From the human T2T-CHM13v2.0 reference genome, Homo sapiens: a DNA stretch of 64,000 nucleotides. The translations under genes were made by a program, and so were the position numbers. The DNA lies in the NCBI RefSeq assembly GCF_009914755.1, contig NC_060935.1; one strand, 5' to 3'. The notes beneath the pieces were generated by a model. The model was not told the origin of the DNA. It made no database searches and was given only the letters and a program-made list of their open reading frames with translations. Position 1 is the stretch's first letter. Each line of letters begins with the position of its first letter. Below are positions 58,585 to 64,000 of this stretch, one piece after another.

Positions 58585-58910
58585 ATTCATTCAACAAATA
58601 TGTATTGATTGTTTCCTATATGTGACTCATTGTGTTCAGCATTTATGGTATATTGGAGAGTAAGCTCTTTCTCTCTCCAGTTCACCATTTGGTAAGAAAG
58701 AGAAACAATAGTCAAACATTTATTTAAATTATTATACATGTTTAATTATGAAAAGATATAAAGAAAAAACAATAAGTGAGAGGGCATTCACATATAAATT
58801 TGAGTTAATGTAGGGTTAAAGAAGTTTCCTTGAAGAAATTATATTCGAACTAAAATCATATAGGCAATTAGATTAGGTAGGACAAGAAAATGGTGGGATG
58901 AGGAAAAGCA
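58585..58910 (-). mobile_element. L2 fragment
   Basis: 'attcattcaacaaatatgtattgattgtttcctatatgtga...agaagtttccttgaagaa'. Confidence 0.7.
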
Positions 58911-59155
58911 CATTTTTTTAAATCCATACCTCTCTAACTCTTTATAGACTCATGGGCTTAGACATTCCTCTAAAACAATAAAATATCAATCAATATTATT
59001 TGATTATTTTATATTTTATTGAGTATATTGATTGGTTGATATTTTATTAAAACTTTAAAAACAATTGATTTGTAACTTGGACCACAGTCATGGTGCTATT
59101 AGCCTTCAAATATGTTAAAACATGCAAATAATCAATGATTAATAATTGGCCATAT

Positions 59156-59708
59156 TGTCAGAGACATTTGAACCAGAGCAACTCCATCTGGAGCAGGGGC
59201 TTGGTAAAATAAGGCTGAGACACGCTGGGCTACATTCCCAGCAGGTTGAGGCATTCCTAGTCACAGATGAGGTAGGAGGTCAGCACAAGACACAGGTCAT
59301 AAAGACCTTGCTGATAAAACAGGTTGCAGTGAAGAAGCTGGTTAAAACCCACCAAAACCAAGATGGCCACGGGAGTCGCCTCTGGTCATCCTCACTACTA
59401 TGCTCCCACCAGCACCCTGACAGTTTAGAAAGGCCATGGCAACATCAGGAAGTTATCCTATACGGTCTAAAAAGGGGAGGCATGAATAATCCACCCCTTG
59501 TTCAGCATGCGACCAAGAAATAACCATAAAAATAAGCAACCAGCAGTCAGTCCTCACAGCTGCCCTGTCTATGGAGTAGCCATTCTTTATTTCTTTACTT
59601 TCTTAATAAACTTGCTTTGACTTTATGGATTCACCTTAAATTCTTTGTTGTGCGAGATCCAAGAGCCCTCTTTTGGGGTCTGGATCTGGACCCCCCTTTC
59701 CGTTAACA
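59156..59708 (+). mobile_element. MER41A-like ERV1 solo LTR (553 bp)
   Basis: 'tgtcagagacatttgaaccagagcaactccatc...ggggtctggatctggacccccctttccgttaaca'. Confidence 0.9.
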
Positions 59709-60480
59709 ACAATTATCTCAGATATATGATTCCAAAAAATAAAAGAGAGAGAAAGAGAATGATTTTAAGATTAAACATTTAATGAAAGAAACTACTTCTA
59801 GCCCTTACTACCTCAAGCTCATAAAAGTAGTTCTAGTTATAGACCAGTAGCTTTGTTTTTGTTCAAACATCTCTTTGTTTGTCTTCTCTTTGCCCTGAAA
59901 ACGATCAAGTAGTTCACTAGGTGAAAATGGAAGGCTCCCAAGAGTGCGATCAAATAATGACTTTTGAAACTTCCCTGTCTGAGGTCACAAAACAATAAAA
60001 GAGGAAAGAGTATGGCAGATTGACGGCTTTATTTTACCTTCTACTCATGTCACAGCAGTGCAGTCTTTTTGTGGGGCTAGGGGAAGTCACTTTCAACATT
60101 TACTCTGGGCAATTTATTTCATGTGTAACTTTTTGTCAGAAGATTCTCATTTTATATATTAGATTGGGTCATGTGTATTTTTCAGGTTATTTTTTACACT
60201 GCAGGCAAGCAATCATTGAATATCTATCTAGCTATCCATCTATCTATCTATCATCTATCTTTACTATCTCTTAGCTACACAGAAATTTATTTATCTCAAC
60301 TTCATGATAACATTTTGGAACAAACAAACAACAATATATATATCTTACCAAAATAAAATGAGTTATAAAATACAAAATGCAATAAATAGTGAAGTTTTAT
60401 ATATTGAGATGGTTTAATAAAAGGATGAATTTCATAGGAAATAATAAAAGTCAGCAGTTTAAGTAAGTGCAATAGAATGA

Positions 60481-60844
<364 letters not shown>

Positions 60845-61519
60845 CAAGTATTTTAATGTAAATGTATTATGAGTATAATAACCTGTGCTGAATTAGAAAT
60901 TATTATGTAAATTAATCATTAGTACTATTTCTTCTTCATATTTCTTGATGATAAAATTGTAATTCCTTAAAATTTCTTTTTATAACCTTATGAATTTATC
61001 AGTTATTTTGTTACAAACATAAGTTATCATAATGACTAGGAGAAAACACACTACAATTTTCATAGACAATTATTTTCTTTATTATTAGAAAACTATAACG
61101 TTAAGCATGCATTTCCTTCATAATTATGTGGACACTATGCTATAATAAAATAAAATAGATTGGTAATACTTTATTTAAAAAAAGTTATTTAAGATGTCAA
61201 TAAGTTCTGGAAATATGACAGAAAAATTAAAGATTAAATTAGGTAAGATTGATGTAATTTAGATTAAAATATTTTTTAAAAATCTCTGTTATAAGTTGAC
61301 ACAATAGATATTCCCTGGATACCTGAGAAATCTGGGAGAATTGTATCAACAAATGGATAAGGCAAAAATACTTCTAAAATAATATGTAATTAATTAGTGG
61401 TGATTTTTTTTTTAGTTAAATGTAACAACCAGAGTAGGTAAAATGAAGCAGCTTTGGTGGACATATGTTGCATCCTGGTTTCTCATAGTCTGCTCTCAGG
61501 AGTGTGAATTCTAATGATC

Positions 61520-61600
61520 AACTTCGAAATGTTTGGCATTATCTACTAAAATTAAATAAATGCACACTGTATGACCTAGAAATTCTAGTCCTCAGTTTAC

Positions 61601-61641
<41 letters not shown>

Positions 61642-62105
61642 CTAAAAACATCTTTTTGAGTCTTAATAGCAGTACTATTGGAAACAGGCACAAATTGGAA
61701 AATCTCAAAGGCTCACTAACAGTAAAATGAATATAAATATTGCTGTATGTTCACACAATAGAACAATATGTGGCAGTGAGACAGAATGTATAAAAACTAT
61801 ATAGAACAATATAATTAAGTTTCATAAGCATAGCTTTGAGTAAGGAAAGCTGAATGTTATACAAATGTATAATACTCGATAATATATATAAGGTTGAATT
61901 CAGCAAATTTAATCTATATCATTAGAGGTCAGAATAGTATTTATCCTTGAGCCATGTGGGATAGTAACTGGAAAAGGATAGAAGAAGAGATTTTTGGGAA
62001 ATTGATATTTTGTTTCTTGATCATGATACATGTTCATGGTATTGTTCCATTTGTGAAAATTTATTGAATTAAACATGATACATGCATATATCTTCAATAA
62101 AATTT
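61520..62105 (+). mobile_element. L1ME-type 3' end
   Basis: 'tttggcattatctactaaaatt...tatgacctagaaattctagtcctc', 'tttgtgaaaatttattgaatt...cttcaataaa'. Confidence 0.7.
61603..61638. repeat. (TG)n microsatellite
   Basis: About 18 perfect TG units. Confidence 0.95.
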
Positions 62106-62759
62106 CTAAAATAAAATGTACTTTCCCATAGCTATGCTTTCAAATATTTTTATTGATAAAACTCATTATGTATATAAAATTCTCATTTTCCTTAAAGATG
62201 AAAACACAATAAAAAATTATAGTCAGGATCATTAAAACCACATTTTTTTGATATCATCAGTGTATGTTTAACCATGAAAAGGAGCATAGAATATTTCTAT
62301 TTTCATAAAAGATTAAATTAAAATATTGCAAAAATATGAGGAAATGACTACCTTAAGTGCATTTTTGTGTCTTATTCTGTAATGAAAGATATTTTAAACT
62401 AAAAATCCATACTGGATTCATTTTGTTTGATTTCATTGTCTCTATGGATTAAATAAACCAGACAAATGTAAAATCTGATTTCGTTTGATGCTAATGAATG
62501 TTACCTAAATGTCTAAATCATATTGCATCAGTGGAAGTAAGAACATATAAATGGATCTGAAATGAGGTCATTAGCCTTCCAATTACCTGAGATGAATTAC
62601 TCCTTATACATTTTTCTTGTCTGTTCGTTGTGCTATGCTCACATGACTGGCCAACATTAAACTCTGTTTCTTTTATTTGAACCATTACCATAGTTTATCA
62701 GAATCTCTGATATAGCAGCTATCTCACTCTAGCTTCTATTATGGCTATTTTTGTATTGC

Positions 62760-62888
62760 TTATCTTCCTTGTTGTATTGTTAACTTTTTGTGGTCAGGGA
62801 CTATGCTTTGCTTATCATTTTTATCTCTGCAAGAGCTGACCTCAAAGACTCATGTTTAGGAAGCACTCAACAATATTTATTAAATAGT
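62760..62888 (+). mobile_element. L2 3' end
   Basis: 'ggtcagggactatgctttg...taggaagcactcaacaatatttattaaat'. Confidence 0.6.
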
Positions 62889-63143
62889 TTTAATTCAGAT
62901 AAGCAAAACAAGCTCTCACTGAAGACTTCAGAATTTATATTTGGAGTTTCCTGGGAGCAGTAACCTAATTGAAAAGGAAATTTGTCTTAAAGTTGCTTTG
63001 TTTATATTGCATTTTTATTAGAAGCAACTTTGGAGATGCCGATAGAAATTTTTATGCTAAAATATTCGTAAGAAGCCCCTTGGCAATTCTAACTGATACC
63101 TGTTTGTGTATTTTTAAAAGCTTTTATTCAGAACACATATGTT

Positions 63144-63750
<607 letters not shown>

Positions 63751-64000
63751 ACCCCCCACACATTTATTTTTTGAAAAATAAATAAAAGCTTGAGGTCAAA
63801 ATATGATCTCAAAATCTGCATAGTAGATCAACAAATGTAGGTGTCTCAGAAGACACTAAAACAATTCTGCAGATAACTGGCAGTTGTCTTTGGAGCTTCA
63901 GAGATGTCTTTACCCCTGGGGATTCTGGATAAGCTCGAGGACATAAATTATAGCTGGTGAATATAACCTGCATGCCTGATTCTCAATAATCTATTACTAG

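Overview
This is AT-rich, repeat-dense primate genomic DNA, almost certainly human because it carries an AluYb8 at 32362-32676. I recognise no host protein-coding gene, RNA gene or CpG island, so it reads as intergenic or deep-intronic. The ORF track is almost all Alu, L1, MaLR or low-complexity translation. The one real protein sequence is the open C-terminus of L1 ORF2p from a 5'-truncated L1PA2-like copy (30463-31181). Repeat content: about 25 Alu-family SINEs (FAM/FLAM, J, S, Y, Yb8), old L1M fragments, two near-complete MaLR proviruses nested head-to-head (MST and THE1), solo LTRs (THE1D x2, MSTA, MLT1, MER4-group, LTR1-like, LTR22, MER41A), an ERVL internal remnant with an RT motif, Tigger3b, MER3, L2 and MIR. 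The most interesting signal not explained by repeat labels is a series of locally templated insertions: 20-90 bp copies of sequence 0.5-1.8 kb away, some joined by microhomology, plus fold-back and iterated scars. They look like fixed germline scars of polymerase-theta end joining or template switching, and one can be dated because a THE1D LTR later inserted into it. I found no support for a novel gene system. Subfamily calls come from recalled consensus features and should be confirmed with RepeatMasker/Dfam.
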